IMG/VR virus record: IMGVR_UViG_3300042260_000241
Length of the DNA: 64,000 bases
Reading direction: 5' to 3' (one strand)
From: a virus
Lineage: Duplodnaviria > Heunggongvirae > Uroviricota > Caudoviricetes
Below, piece by piece: positions 1 to 9,731 of this stretch; positions within the stretch are counted from its first letter, which is position 1, and the number at the start of each line of letters is the position of its first letter. The notes beneath the pieces were generated by a model. It saw only the letters and a program-made list of their open reading frames with translations, did not search any database and was not told where the DNA came from. Position numbers and translations under genes: made by a program.

Positions 1-1
1 T

Positions 2-2854
2 GGTGACGTAACCGGTTCAATGTCAGTTAATGGATCTGCAAACGTATCAACAGCGCTAACTCTTGCAAACTCCGGTGTTACTGCAGGATCATATGGTTCT
101 GGCACAGCGATTCCAGTATTAACTATTGACGCTAAAGGGCGTATTACTGCTGCAAGTACTAGTGTAGTGACTATTGGCGATGGCGCTATGACGGTTACTG
201 CTGGTAGTGGTTTAACTGGTGGTGGACAAGTTGGTACAGCAAACCAAACAGGTGCTTCAAGTGTAACTATTAGTCACGCTGATACTTCATCAGTTGCAAA
301 CGTAACTGCTGCAACCAATACATTCATTTCTGGAATTACCTTTGATACATATGGTCACGTTCAGACTGTGACGACTGGTGCTCCATCTGGATTCGCTTCT
401 TCTACGCACTACCATGATAGAATTTATAATGGTGCATCTGGTTCTAGTTCATATCTTGCATTAAGTTCTGGAAATGAACTAGAATATTATAATTCATCAG
501 GCGTTATTGATACATTATATTTACAGTATAGTGGTACTGCTGCACAACTTAAAGGACCAGGTGGCGCTCAGATATGGATGGATTCTAATGATGGATCCGG
601 ATCTGGTTTAGATGCAGACTTATTAGATGGCCAACATGGTTCATATTATGCACCAAGCAGTTCGTTGGCAAGTTATGTCCTTAAGTCTGGTGATACGATG
701 ACTGGCGCACTAACTATTAATAGTGCTGGATCATATCCACTACAGTTATCGTCTTCGCAAAGATATCAACTCAGAATTAGAAATACAGCAGCAACTGCTC
801 AGACTGCTGGATGGTGGTTGGCGCACGATGGTGGAGGAAGTCTATATTTCCATGCTGATTCTACTGGCGATAGAGCATATTTAACTTCAGGTGGCACTCT
901 CATGTCCACTGGAGATATGAGATCACCTATATTCTATGATTCTGATAACACTTCATACTATTGGAATCCAAATACTTCATCAGCACACCGTTTACAGACA
1001 CCAACTGGTTACTTAGATTTGGGATCTATGAACTCTTCTTGGTGCCATTTCCAAACAGATAGACCAGGATTCTATTTTGGAGTTAAGACCAGTCATGATG
1101 GCGGTATCTCAGCGTACGACTCTAATGACTACGCGTATTTTCCAATCTATTATGACTATAATGATACTGGATACTATTTAGATGCAAATTCTACATCTAG
1201 ATTAAATACAACGAATATTACCACTTTAACAGTATATGGAAACTCCAATCTTGGCGATGGGAATGGGGATACCACATGGGTAAATGACATTTTATACGTA
1301 GGTGCGTCAGACTCTGGTGATTCGCACTTCTACTTAGGCGAAAATTCTTCGTCATGGTATGGTGACCATTGGTATTGGGATAGTGCATATACTGTTTACA
1401 GATATAGTAGATATGCTGGAACCGATAGTTTAATTCATTATCATGATACTAGAGATACGACACGTATTACATATGGTCGTAACATTGTATTTGACAATTA
1501 CGGTAAGGGCATTGTAGGAACATATGCATCTACACGATATCAAGGCGTGTTTGCTATGGGTGACAGCTATAAGTTACCAGCAGATGGTTCTACTACAGGT
1601 ACTCTATATGGTCTTGCGTGGTCACATCCCAATGCTGGCGGTGTTGCAGCTAACTTGAATACACATGGTCTGTTAGCAATGGAAAATGGAACATGGCTTG
1701 CGTCTTTATCGGGAAGTGTTCGTGCCCGTGATGATATGAGAGCACCTATCTTCTATGATTCTAATGACACTAGTTACTATATAAATCCAAACAGTTTAAG
1801 TGTATTCAATCAACTAAATATGTGGGGTCGACTTGCTGTTGATAATCCAATAGACTACGCATCAAGTGCCGTTACTGGGTTAACCAGTGCACCATTGTCT
1901 TCTTATGCATTATATGATACGAACGTTGGATCTACGAGCTATTTCTTACCATTTACACATCAAACTGCACTATATACAAGCGGTTATCGAACACACTGCA
2001 GCACGGGTTTATACAAATATGCCTCTGGTTGGGGTGATAATAACACTGGTTGGTATGTAGCACTTGGTGGAAGTGATAGTTATCCAACCATGCATTGGAA
2101 ACTAACATATGGTTCTGATCTATATAACTCTAATGGGTATGTTTCGCAGCCTGGATCATTTAGAGCGCCAATTTTCTATGATACAAACGATACTGCGTAT
2201 TATGTAGATGCACGTTCAGCTTCTGTTTTAAGTGGTCTTAAGCTTAATGGTGTTGATAATAATGCGTCTGGTAATGATTATATCTTATGGATCAATAAGC
2301 CAAATAACAATGACTGGGGTGTTTCTATCACAGGTCAGTATGACTATAACTATATGTATGATGGCGCTGCATCACACTCGTATGGTGTACGTGGTCTTGC
2401 TGCAGGCGGTGAATATTGGAGAGTTGGTACTGATCTATTGTATCATAATTCTAATATTCGTGCTCCAATCTTTTATGATCAGAATAACACTGGTTACTAT
2501 GTAGACCCAGCATCTACAACATATATAAACGTACTAACAACTGCTGGTAATATTACGTCTAACTCGGATATTAGACTTAAGCGTGATATCCAAAAAATCA
2601 CAAATGCTACCGATAAGGTTAAAAAACTAAATGGCGTAACATTTACACGTATAGATGTAGAAGATACTACAAAACGTTATGCAGGTCTTATTGCGCAGGA
2701 AGTTTTAGAAGTTTTACCTGAAGCTGTTGAAGGCACTGCAACTTATTCGGTTGCATATGGAAATATGGTTGGTCTTCTTGTAGAAGCAATCAAAGAACAA
2801 CAATCGGAAATCGATGAGTTGAAGTCGCTAGTAAAACAATTGCTAGCAAAATAA
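2..2854 (+). CDS. Tail fibre / receptor-binding protein with C-terminal S74 intramolecular chaperone (5' end outside window)
   Basis: Frame is open from position 2; Gly/Ser/Thr-rich fibre repeats (DxxGR/HV); five RAPIFYD-type repeats; C-terminal SDIRLKRDI...GLIAQEV...VAYGNMVGLLVEAIKE chaperone motif. Confidence 0.85.
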   Translation, partial: GDVTGSMSVNGSANVSTALTLANSGVTAGSYGSGTAIPVLTIDAKGRITAASTSVVTIGDGAMTVTAGSGLTGGGQVGTANQTGASSVTISHADTSSVANVTAATNTFISGITFDTYGHVQTVTTGAPSGFASSTHYHDRIYNGASGSSSYLALSSGNELEYYNSSGVIDTLYLQYSGTAAQLKGPGGAQIWMDSNDGSGSGLDADLLDGQHGSYYAPSSSLASYVLKSGDTMTGALTINSAGSYPLQLSSSQRYQLRIRNTAATAQTAGWWLAHDGGGSLYFHADSTGDRAYLTSGGTLMSTGDMRSPIFYDSDNTSYYWNPNTSSAHRLQTPTGYLDLGSMNSSWCHFQTDRPGFYFGVKTSHDGGISAYDSNDYAYFPIYYDYNDTGYYLDANSTSRLNTTNITTLTVYGNSNLGDGNGDTTWVNDILYVGASDSGDSHFYLGENSSSWYGDHWYWDSAYTVYRYSRYAGTDSLIHYHDTRDTTRITYGRNIVFDNYGKGIVGTYASTRYQGVFAMGDSYKLPADGSTTGTLYGLAWSHPNAGGVAANLNTHGLLAMENGTWLASLSGSVRARDDMRAPIFYDSNDTSYYINPNSLSVFNQLNMWGRLAVDNPIDYASSAVTGLTSAPLSSYALYDTNVGSTSYFLPFTHQTALYTSGYRTHCSTGLYKYASGWGDNNTGWYVALGGSDSYPTMHWKLTYGSDLYNSNGYVSQPGSFRAPIFYDTNDTAYYVDARSASVLSGLKLNGVDNNASGNDYILWINKPNNNDWGVSITGQYDYNYMYDGAASHSYGVRGLAAGGEYWRVGTDLLYHNSNIRAPIFYDQNNTGYYVDPASTTYINVLTTAGNITSNSDIRLKRDIQKITNATDKVKKLNGVTFTRIDVEDTTKRYAGLIAQEVLEVLPEAVEGTATYSVAYGNMVGLLVEAIKEQQSEIDELKSLVKQLLAK
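77..108 (+). repeat. 32-nt exact direct repeat shared with second fibre gene (copy at 4400-4431)
   Basis: gttactgcaggatcatatggttctggcacagc occurs at both positions. Confidence 0.9.
199..267 (+). repeat. 69-nt near-exact repeat (67/69) shared with second fibre gene (copy at 4753-4821)
   Basis: Manual alignment shows two synonymous mismatches (gga/ggt, aac/aat). Confidence 0.9.
2768..2800 (+). repeat. 33-nt exact repeat shared with 3' end of second fibre gene (copy at 7586-7618)
   Basis: gttggtcttcttgtagaagcaatcaaagaacaa occurs at both positions. Confidence 0.9.
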
Positions 2855-2878
2855 ACGCCAATATTTTAGGAGAAAAGA

Positions 2879-3238
2879 ATGGCAGTTACATATACATGGA
2901 AAGTTACTTCGGTCAAAACAAAGAACGAAGGTGGTAATCAAGACGCAGTAGTTCAAACATATTGGACAAAGACTGGTGTAGATGAAGATGGACACGAGGG
3001 TACATTCTCGGGTGCAACTCCATTTACTTCAGTAAACGTTCCAGCTGGAGAGTTTGTTCCATTTGCAGAACTTACTGAAGCAACAGTACTTGGTTGGATT
3101 CAATCTGTTGTAGTCGGTGGATACGAAGAGCATGTAAATGCACAGATCCAAAAACAAATCGACGAAAAGCACAATCCAATTGTTGAAGCAGCGTTACCTT
3201 GGGCGCCACCAGTAGAGACACCATCTACACCAGCGTAA
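2879..3238 (+). CDS. Small fibre-associated protein (possible fibre assembly or tip accessory)
   Basis: 119 aa, AGGAG Shine-Dalgarno, lies between two fibre genes; pattern YTWKV...FxGATPF...FVPFAELTE..VLGWI. Confidence 0.6.
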   Translation: MAVTYTWKVTSVKTKNEGGNQDAVVQTYWTKTGVDEDGHEGTFSGATPFTSVNVPAGEFVPFAELTEATVLGWIQSVVVGGYEEHVNAQIQKQIDEKHNPIVEAALPWAPPVETPSTPA

Positions 3239-3283
3239 TCAAATAAATATTTGATAACTCTGTTTTAAAGTTAAAGGTTAGAA

Positions 3284-6200
3284 ATGGCAACATCGTCAAG
3301 AGCAAGATACGTATCGGTTTTAGCAAACACACTCAATTCGTCCGGTAAAATCACGAGTGATAACGTGTTGTTGCCAGACTCCGGAGTCACTGCCGGTTCG
3401 TATGGCAGTGCTTCGCAAGTTCCAGTTCTAACAGTTGATTCTAAAGGACGAGTAACATCTGCTTCTGTAACTTCAGTTGCAGGTGTTACTGCCTATTCAT
3501 ATAATACGTCATCTGGACGTATGACAATTAACACAGCAGATGGTGGATCATTTACTGCTGATGTTACGCTTGCTCCATTTAGTACTACAAATCTAACCGA
3601 AGGTACTAATCAATATTTTACAACAGCAAGAGCAAGATCATCTATATCATCAACAGGAACAAATTTAAGTTATAACTCAACAACAGGTGTATTGAGTTAT
3701 ACACAGGGTAATACAGACACTGTTGCCGAAGGCGCAACAAATCTTTACTATACTGATGCTCGTGCTCGTGGAGCACTAAGCTATACAACTGGTAGCGCGA
3801 ATTATAATTCAACTAGTGGCCAATTCACAATACCTAGTACTACCTCTCATATCACTGAAGGTAGTAACTTATACTACACCGATTCAAGAGTTCGTGCAGC
3901 GCTTGCAGCCGGAACAGGTGTAACATATAATTCTTCAACTGGTACATTCTCGATTGGACAACCAGTTGCAACGACAGATAACGTCACATTTGCAAACGTA
4001 ACTGCAAGTGGTAATTTAACAATCGCTGGTAACTTAACAGTAAGTGGTACAACTACTACAGTTAATTCTACTACAGTTTCTGTTGCAGATATTAATATTG
4101 AAGTTGCACGTAATGCAACAACTGCTGCTCAAGCAAATGGTGCAGGTATCACTGTAACAGGTCCTATAGTACCAGCAACGTTGACGTATTCTTCAGCAGA
4201 TGATCGTTGGAATCTTAATAAAGATCTAAACATCAACCGTGTTTACGGCAATGTAACAGGTGCATTAAATGGAAATGCATCTACAGCAAGTACACTTCAA
4301 ACAACTCGTAGTATTACTGCAACAGGCGATGCTTCTTGGACTGTCAACTTTGATGGATCGACTAACGTATCCGGTGCATTAACACTTGCAAACTCTGGAG
4401 TTACTGCAGGATCATATGGTTCTGGCACAGCAATTCCTGTTTTGACAATAGATTCTAAAGGTAGAGTTACATCTGCTAGTACAGTAGGCGTTGTCATCGG
4501 TGATGGCACGCTTACAGTTTCTGCAGGTGATGGTTTAGCAGGATCCGGAACGTTCACTGCTAATCAAACGACAAACAATACTATTACCATTAGTCACGCT
4601 GATACATCCTCTGTTGCAAATCTTTCAAGTGATAACGCTGGCAACACATTCATTCAAGACCTGTCTCTAACATTCGATACGTATGGTCACGTAACAGGTG
4701 CAACCGTTGCCACTGGAACTGTATCAGTTGGCGATGGTGTCATGACAGTTATTGCTGGTAGTGGTTTAACTGGTGGTGGTCAAGTTGGTACAGCAAATCA
4801 AACAGGTGCTTCAAGTGTAACACTTTCTCTTGCTACTGTGGGAACTGCTGGGACATACACTAAAGTAACAACCGATGCATATGGGCGTATTACTTCTGGA
4901 ACTACACTAAGCGCAAGTGACATTCCTTCGTTATCGGCAACGTATCTTCCTTTGTCTGGTGGTACACTAACTGGACGCACTATAATTAACGTAACTGGAC
5001 GAGCATTTACAGTTGGTGGTTCGCCAGGTGGTGCACCAAATGCAACCATTGCAACACAAACATCATATTTAGAAATTTCAGCTGGGTCTGGCGGTAATAC
5101 AAACTCAAGCGCTTTAATTTTTCACAACCCAAACGTGTCGACTTCTGTTCTTGAGTATGTTAACACTTCAGCCGATAACGCATACTTCAATTTTCGTTCT
5201 GATGACACAACCTGGAACGTACGTGTAAATGGCAATCAAGTTTGGCATGCTGGTAACTTAACAAACCTGAATCAGCTTACAAATGGCCCTGGGTATATCA
5301 CGGGCGAATCAGATACTCTTGCAACTGTAACGGCACGTGGCGCATCAACGTCAACTAGTGTAACCTTAAGTAGTAATGGAAATCAATATAGCGGTCACCT
5401 TTATTACTTACCACATGATTCTGCGGGTAATCATTATCCTCATTTCAATGACGGAGCATCTGCGTCCGGATCTAAAATTAATTGGAGACTATTCACCGGG
5501 GGCACCAACAGTATAACACATACATGGAGAACTGATTATACTTATTTTGCCAATCGTGTGGAATCGGCTGGTGATATGCGCAGTCCTTTATTTTATGACA
5601 GCAATGATACTGCTTGGTATGTTGATCCAAACTCTACAACTAGACTTTCTAGCTTAACTGTCGTAAATACGATTAGTGGAAATATTTCTGGAAATGCAGA
5701 TACTGTCGATAATAGACATGCTGATTATTTCTATCCATCCAACACCGATAATGGATATTCGACAGGGGATATTAATGGTAATACCACACATCAAAGGTTG
5801 TGGGCCCCTGATACCGTTCAGGATATGTTTGCATTCAATCCTCCAACGACTGTAGAATATTCGACAAATGGATCTACATGGACAAGCAGTTCAATATCTT
5901 CTGATGTATTTTCTGGAAAGATGAATGGACAGTGGGGCGGATTCAATGCTAACGTCGGCAATAATATTGGAGGATGGCGTTTTGTTCGTCTTACATGGCA
6001 AAACTTTGGTTACAGATTCTTCTCACACTTTACACTAGCACATAGCACAAATGGCCATAACTTTAATTTTGTATTTTATAAGTCAAGCTTAGATGGATCT
6101 ACTTGGACAGAAGCATTTAGACAAAATGGAATAAGCTCATGGCCAGGTTATACCGTAACCAAACACAGTAACGTGAGTGGATGGTGGGATACGCGAGATA

Positions 6201-7684
6201 TTAGAATTGTTTTTGAATTAAATCACTCCGGTTCTGCAGATAATGCTATTAATATTGGTCATATTGGATTGCATGGTTCATATGGTGGATTCAATAGACT
6301 ATTTGACTGGAATGGCTCAAAGGCTATTACGTTTAATGGAAATATAACTGCTCCTATATTATACGACTCGAATGACACAAGTTACTATTTAAATCCAAAT
6401 AGCACTTCTGTTCTAAATGCTGTAAATTATTGGGGTGTTCAATTCTGGAATGGTGATGGTGTGTATGCTCGTGGTACTAATTCATATGGCTACAGATTCA
6501 ATAACTATGCAGATACGATCAATGCATTCGTAATCAATAATAGCGGTGATACTACTTCATATTCTTCGTCACGCGCACCAATCTTCTATGATTCTAACGA
6601 TACCTACTACTATACAAACCCGAATTCGTGGTCGCAGTTATCACACGCTAACTTCAATTCTTCCCCAAGTGGAAGAACGTTATCGTTAGGCGGCGATCAA
6701 ACAAACAGGGTATACAATGATTCTGCTAGGGCGAGTTTAGTTATAAATGCGTCTTATTATCCACATTTGTATTTGAATGCCGTAGACGACTCTGGAAACA
6801 CTACTCATGGTGCAGTTTTATCAATGACAGGTGTTTTAACTTCTGGTGGATATCGTCGTTGGGGTATGGGTATTTCTAATAGAAATCCTAACGAATTAAG
6901 TTTTGGTTGGCATGATAATGATTCTAACCCTCATAATGGTGTGGGTATAAATTGGTCTTATCCAGCATCGATGTGGATCGACACTGGTCATAACTTATAT
7001 GCTCGTGGGTCGATGAGAGCACCTATTTTCTATGATTATAATGATACATCATACTATGTAGATCCTAGTGCAGACCTATCGGTAAGAGTTTATGGTGAGA
7101 TATGTAACTCTAATTATGCTCAAGGTAATTTACAACCAGGTACCTTAAATATTGGAAGAATTGACACCGATTATAGATGGGATGGAACATCATGGTCTGG
7201 TGATATACGTGTTGGTATGCTTGCAAACTGTTCAGAGTATTGGGAATTTGCAATTCATGACTCAGGTGATTCGGTTATGTCGGCGTTATATTTTGATGGC
7301 GGCAGTACGATATACATGGGACGAAACTTAGGATGGGGATCTTGTAGCGTATATGTTGGAGGAAATATAACTGCAGCGTCTGATGTTCGATTAAAAGAAA
7401 ATATAGTTACTATAGACAATGCATTAAATAAAACTCTGTCTTTGCGTGGAGTGAATTATACACGTAAAGATGATAATGAAAAAACACTTCAAATAGGTTT
7501 AATTGCTCAGGAAGTTTTAGAAGTAGTACCAGAAGCAGTGGTATTGACTAAAGAAGGTACTTATGGTGTACATTATGGAAACTTAGTTGGTCTTCTTGTA
7601 GAAGCAATCAAAGAACAAGATGATAAGATTACTCGATTAGAAGCTCTAGTGGAAACACTTATAAATAAATTAGGAGAAAAATAA
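3284..7684 (+). CDS. Long tail fibre protein with C-terminal S74 chaperone
   Basis: 1466 aa; N-terminal TxxxxEGTNxYxTxAR repeats, DxxGR/HVT repeats, four RAPIFYD-type repeats, C-terminal SDVRLKENI...GLIAQEV chaperone. Confidence 0.85.
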   Translation: MATSSRARYVSVLANTLNSSGKITSDNVLLPDSGVTAGSYGSASQVPVLTVDSKGRVTSASVTSVAGVTAYSYNTSSGRMTINTADGGSFTADVTLAPFSTTNLTEGTNQYFTTARARSSISSTGTNLSYNSTTGVLSYTQGNTDTVAEGATNLYYTDARARGALSYTTGSANYNSTSGQFTIPSTTSHITEGSNLYYTDSRVRAALAAGTGVTYNSSTGTFSIGQPVATTDNVTFANVTASGNLTIAGNLTVSGTTTTVNSTTVSVADINIEVARNATTAAQANGAGITVTGPIVPATLTYSSADDRWNLNKDLNINRVYGNVTGALNGNASTASTLQTTRSITATGDASWTVNFDGSTNVSGALTLANSGVTAGSYGSGTAIPVLTIDSKGRVTSASTVGVVIGDGTLTVSAGDGLAGSGTFTANQTTNNTITISHADTSSVANLSSDNAGNTFIQDLSLTFDTYGHVTGATVATGTVSVGDGVMTVIAGSGLTGGGQVGTANQTGASSVTLSLATVGTAGTYTKVTTDAYGRITSGTTLSASDIPSLSATYLPLSGGTLTGRTIINVTGRAFTVGGSPGGAPNATIATQTSYLEISAGSGGNTNSSALIFHNPNVSTSVLEYVNTSADNAYFNFRSDDTTWNVRVNGNQVWHAGNLTNLNQLTNGPGYITGESDTLATVTARGASTSTSVTLSSNGNQYSGHLYYLPHDSAGNHYPHFNDGASASGSKINWRLFTGGTNSITHTWRTDYTYFANRVESAGDMRSPLFYDSNDTAWYVDPNSTTRLSSLTVVNTISGNISGNADTVDNRHADYFYPSNTDNGYSTGDINGNTTHQRLWAPDTVQDMFAFNPPTTVEYSTNGSTWTSSSISSDVFSGKMNGQWGGFNANVGNNIGGWRFVRLTWQNFGYRFFSHFTLAHSTNGHNFNFVFYKSSLDGSTWTEAFRQNGISSWPGYTVTKHSNVSGWWDTRDIRIVFELNHSGSADNAINIGHIGLHGSYGGFNRLFDWNGSKAITFNGNITAPILYDSNDTSYYLNPNSTSVLNAVNYWGVQFWNGDGVYARGTNSYGYRFNNYADTINAFVINNSGDTTSYSSSRAPIFYDSNDTYYYTNPNSWSQLSHANFNSSPSGRTLSLGGDQTNRVYNDSARASLVINASYYPHLYLNAVDDSGNTTHGAVLSMTGVLTSGGYRRWGMGISNRNPNELSFGWHDNDSNPHNGVGINWSYPASMWIDTGHNLYARGSMRAPIFYDYNDTSYYVDPSADLSVRVYGEICNSNYAQGNLQPGTLNIGRIDTDYRWDGTSWSGDIRVGMLANCSEYWEFAIHDSGDSVMSALYFDGGSTIYMGRNLGWGSCSVYVGGNITAASDVRLKENIVTIDNALNKTLSLRGVNYTRKDDNEKTLQIGLIAQEVLEVVPEAVVLTKEGTYGVHYGNLVGLLVEAIKEQDDKITRLEALVETLINKLGEK
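7660..7667 (+). promoter_or_regulatory. T4-type late promoter TATAAATA upstream of gp13
   Basis: Exact match to gp55 consensus, 18 nt before the gp13 ATG. Confidence 0.7.
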
Positions 7685-7685
7685 C

Positions 7686-8426
7686 ATGGCCGTTACTACT
7701 AGACAAGGTTTAATCGATTATTGCCTCAGAGCTCTAGGCGAGCCTGTTGTCGAAATCAACATTGATGATCAACAAATTGAAGATCGTGTTGATGAAGCTA
7801 TCGAGTTCTTTCGTCAATATCACTATGATGGTATTGAAAAGGTATATTTAAAACACTTAGTTACTGAAGACGATGTTGCACAGAAATCAGTTCCAATCAG
7901 TGACTTGGTCTATGGTGTAACAAGAGTATTTCCGATTGCAGCAGGAACATCTACTTCAAAGTCTATCTTTGATCTTCAGTATCAACTACGTCTTAACGAT
8001 CTATATGATTTGACGTCTACTTCAGTAATCTATTACTCGATGGTTATGTCACATCTTGCGTTATTAGATCTAACGTTAAATGGACACCCATTATATAGAT
8101 TTAATCGTTTAACCAATCGTCTATACATCGATGAGAACTGGGCAGAGAATATTGCACCAGGAACTTATATTCTAGTTGAATGTTATCGTGCATTAGATCC
8201 AGCAGTTGCACCTAGAATGTATGGTGATAATTGGCTTAAGCATTATACAACTGCATTAATCAAAAAGCAATGGGCTGTTAACATTAAGAAGTTCTCAGGT
8301 TTACAACTTCCGGGTGGTGTAACTCTCGATGGTGATAAGCTTTATCAAGAAGCACAAGACGAAATTAAACAACTCGAAGATGACTTAATGAATAAGTCTG
8401 CACCTCTCGAATTCATGATGGGTTAA
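7686..8426 (+). CDS. gp13: Neck protein gp13
   Basis: LIDYCLRALGEPVVEIN...LPGGVTLDG motifs; synteny before gp14. Confidence 0.9.
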   Translation: MAVTTRQGLIDYCLRALGEPVVEINIDDQQIEDRVDEAIEFFRQYHYDGIEKVYLKHLVTEDDVAQKSVPISDLVYGVTRVFPIAAGTSTSKSIFDLQYQLRLNDLYDLTSTSVIYYSMVMSHLALLDLTLNGHPLYRFNRLTNRLYIDENWAENIAPGTYILVECYRALDPAVAPRMYGDNWLKHYTTALIKKQWAVNIKKFSGLQLPGGVTLDGDKLYQEAQDEIKQLEDDLMNKSAPLEFMMG

Positions 8427-8427
8427 T

Positions 8428-9147
8428 ATGCCAAACGTATATTTTTCGCATGGTACACGAAATGAGCAGTATCTTCTCGAAGATCTGATCATCGAGTCCA
8501 TTACTATCTGGGGACAGGAATTTTATTATATTCCTAGAGTCCTTGTTGCAAAGGATGAAATCCTGGGCGAAGATAGACTATCAAAATTCGAAAATGCATT
8601 TCCAATCGATATGTATTTAGAAACAGTTGATGGATTTGAAGGTCAAGGTGCATTCATTCAAAAATTTGGTCTAATGATGGAACAGTCTGCTACACTTACT
8701 GTAGCACGTCGCACTTGGGAAAGATTGGTTGGAAAGCATAATGTAATGCTTCCAAATCGTCCGGCCGAAGGAGATCTTCTATATTTTCCATTGACAAAAG
8801 GCTTATTTGAAATTAAGTTTGTAGAACATCAAGATCCATTCTATCAACTTAAGAAACTTTATGTGTATCGTTTGCAAGTTGAACTATTCCAATATGCTTC
8901 TGAGCGTATTGAAACTGGAATGAAAGATATAGACGTATTTGAAACTCTCAAGACTACAGATATTGACAAACAACCTGATGTCGAAGTTTCTCAGTCGTAT
9001 GGTGACAATAATAACTTCATAAGAGAAGCAGAAGATACTATCTTTGATCATTCAAATCCATTTGGTGATATCGCTACAATATCATATACAACAGATTCTG
9101 GTACGATTTATACAGATTCGTCTAACGCAACAGTAGATAGAGAATAA
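8428..9147 (+). CDS. gp14: Neck protein gp14
   Basis: ESITIWGQEFYYIPR, RPAEGDLLYFP, FEIKFVEHQDPFYQL motifs. Confidence 0.9.
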   Translation: MPNVYFSHGTRNEQYLLEDLIIESITIWGQEFYYIPRVLVAKDEILGEDRLSKFENAFPIDMYLETVDGFEGQGAFIQKFGLMMEQSATLTVARRTWERLVGKHNVMLPNRPAEGDLLYFPLTKGLFEIKFVEHQDPFYQLKKLYVYRLQVELFQYASERIETGMKDIDVFETLKTTDIDKQPDVEVSQSYGDNNNFIREAEDTIFDHSNPFGDIATISYTTDSGTIYTDSSNATVDRE

Positions 9148-9148
9148 A

Positions 9149-9727
9149 ATGGCAAGACAAAACATCAATATTGGTACCGGTACCAACACTAAAACCGGTG
9201 AAGGATTAAGAACAGCATTTACAAAAGTAAATGATAACTTTACAGAATTGTATGCATTAGCAAATGCCGACATTCAGATTCCATCGCAAAATGGAAATGC
9301 CGGAAAAGTTCTTAAAACAACAGGTTCATCACTCTTGTTTGAAAATATTTCGTATAATGAATTAACAGATAGACCTACATTATTCAGCGGATCTTATAAT
9401 GATCTGTCTAATAAGCCTTTAATCTTCTCTGGCAACTATGCCGATTTATCAGGCAAACCTCTTCTATCAGATGTTGCAACAAGTGGAAATTATGCAGATC
9501 TAGCTAATAAACCGGTTTTAGCTTCAGTTGCAACAAGTGGAAGTTATTCTGATTTAACTGGTAAACCACCATTTGCTTTAGCATCTGTTCCTTCTAGTTC
9601 TATTGGAGCTGAAGGCAATATTGGTGGTATGATAGCAGTTGACTCAACTTATTTTTATTATTGTGTTCAAACCTACGATGGTACAAATTCTATATGGAAA
9701 CGAATTCCATGGGATACTCAATGGTGA
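9149..9727 (+). CDS. Short fibre-like structural protein with baseplate-type N-terminus and YxDLxxKP repeats
   Basis: ARQNINIG...GEGLRTAFTKVNDNFTELY N-terminus; five SGxYxDLxxKP-like repeats. Confidence 0.6.
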   Translation: MARQNINIGTGTNTKTGEGLRTAFTKVNDNFTELYALANADIQIPSQNGNAGKVLKTTGSSLLFENISYNELTDRPTLFSGSYNDLSNKPLIFSGNYADLSGKPLLSDVATSGNYADLANKPVLASVATSGSYSDLTGKPPFALASVPSSSIGAEGNIGGMIAVDSTYFYYCVQTYDGTNSIWKRIPWDTQW

Positions 9728-9731
9728 TTAA

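Noticed and set aside
917-7070. CRISPR array
   Set aside because: The repeats are in-frame, degenerate at codon third positions and irregularly spaced; no cas genes
2-7684. Diversity-generating retroelement or invertible shufflon acting on the fibres
   Set aside because: No reverse transcriptase or site-specific recombinase in the window; the repeats are direct and the mismatches are not adenine-specific
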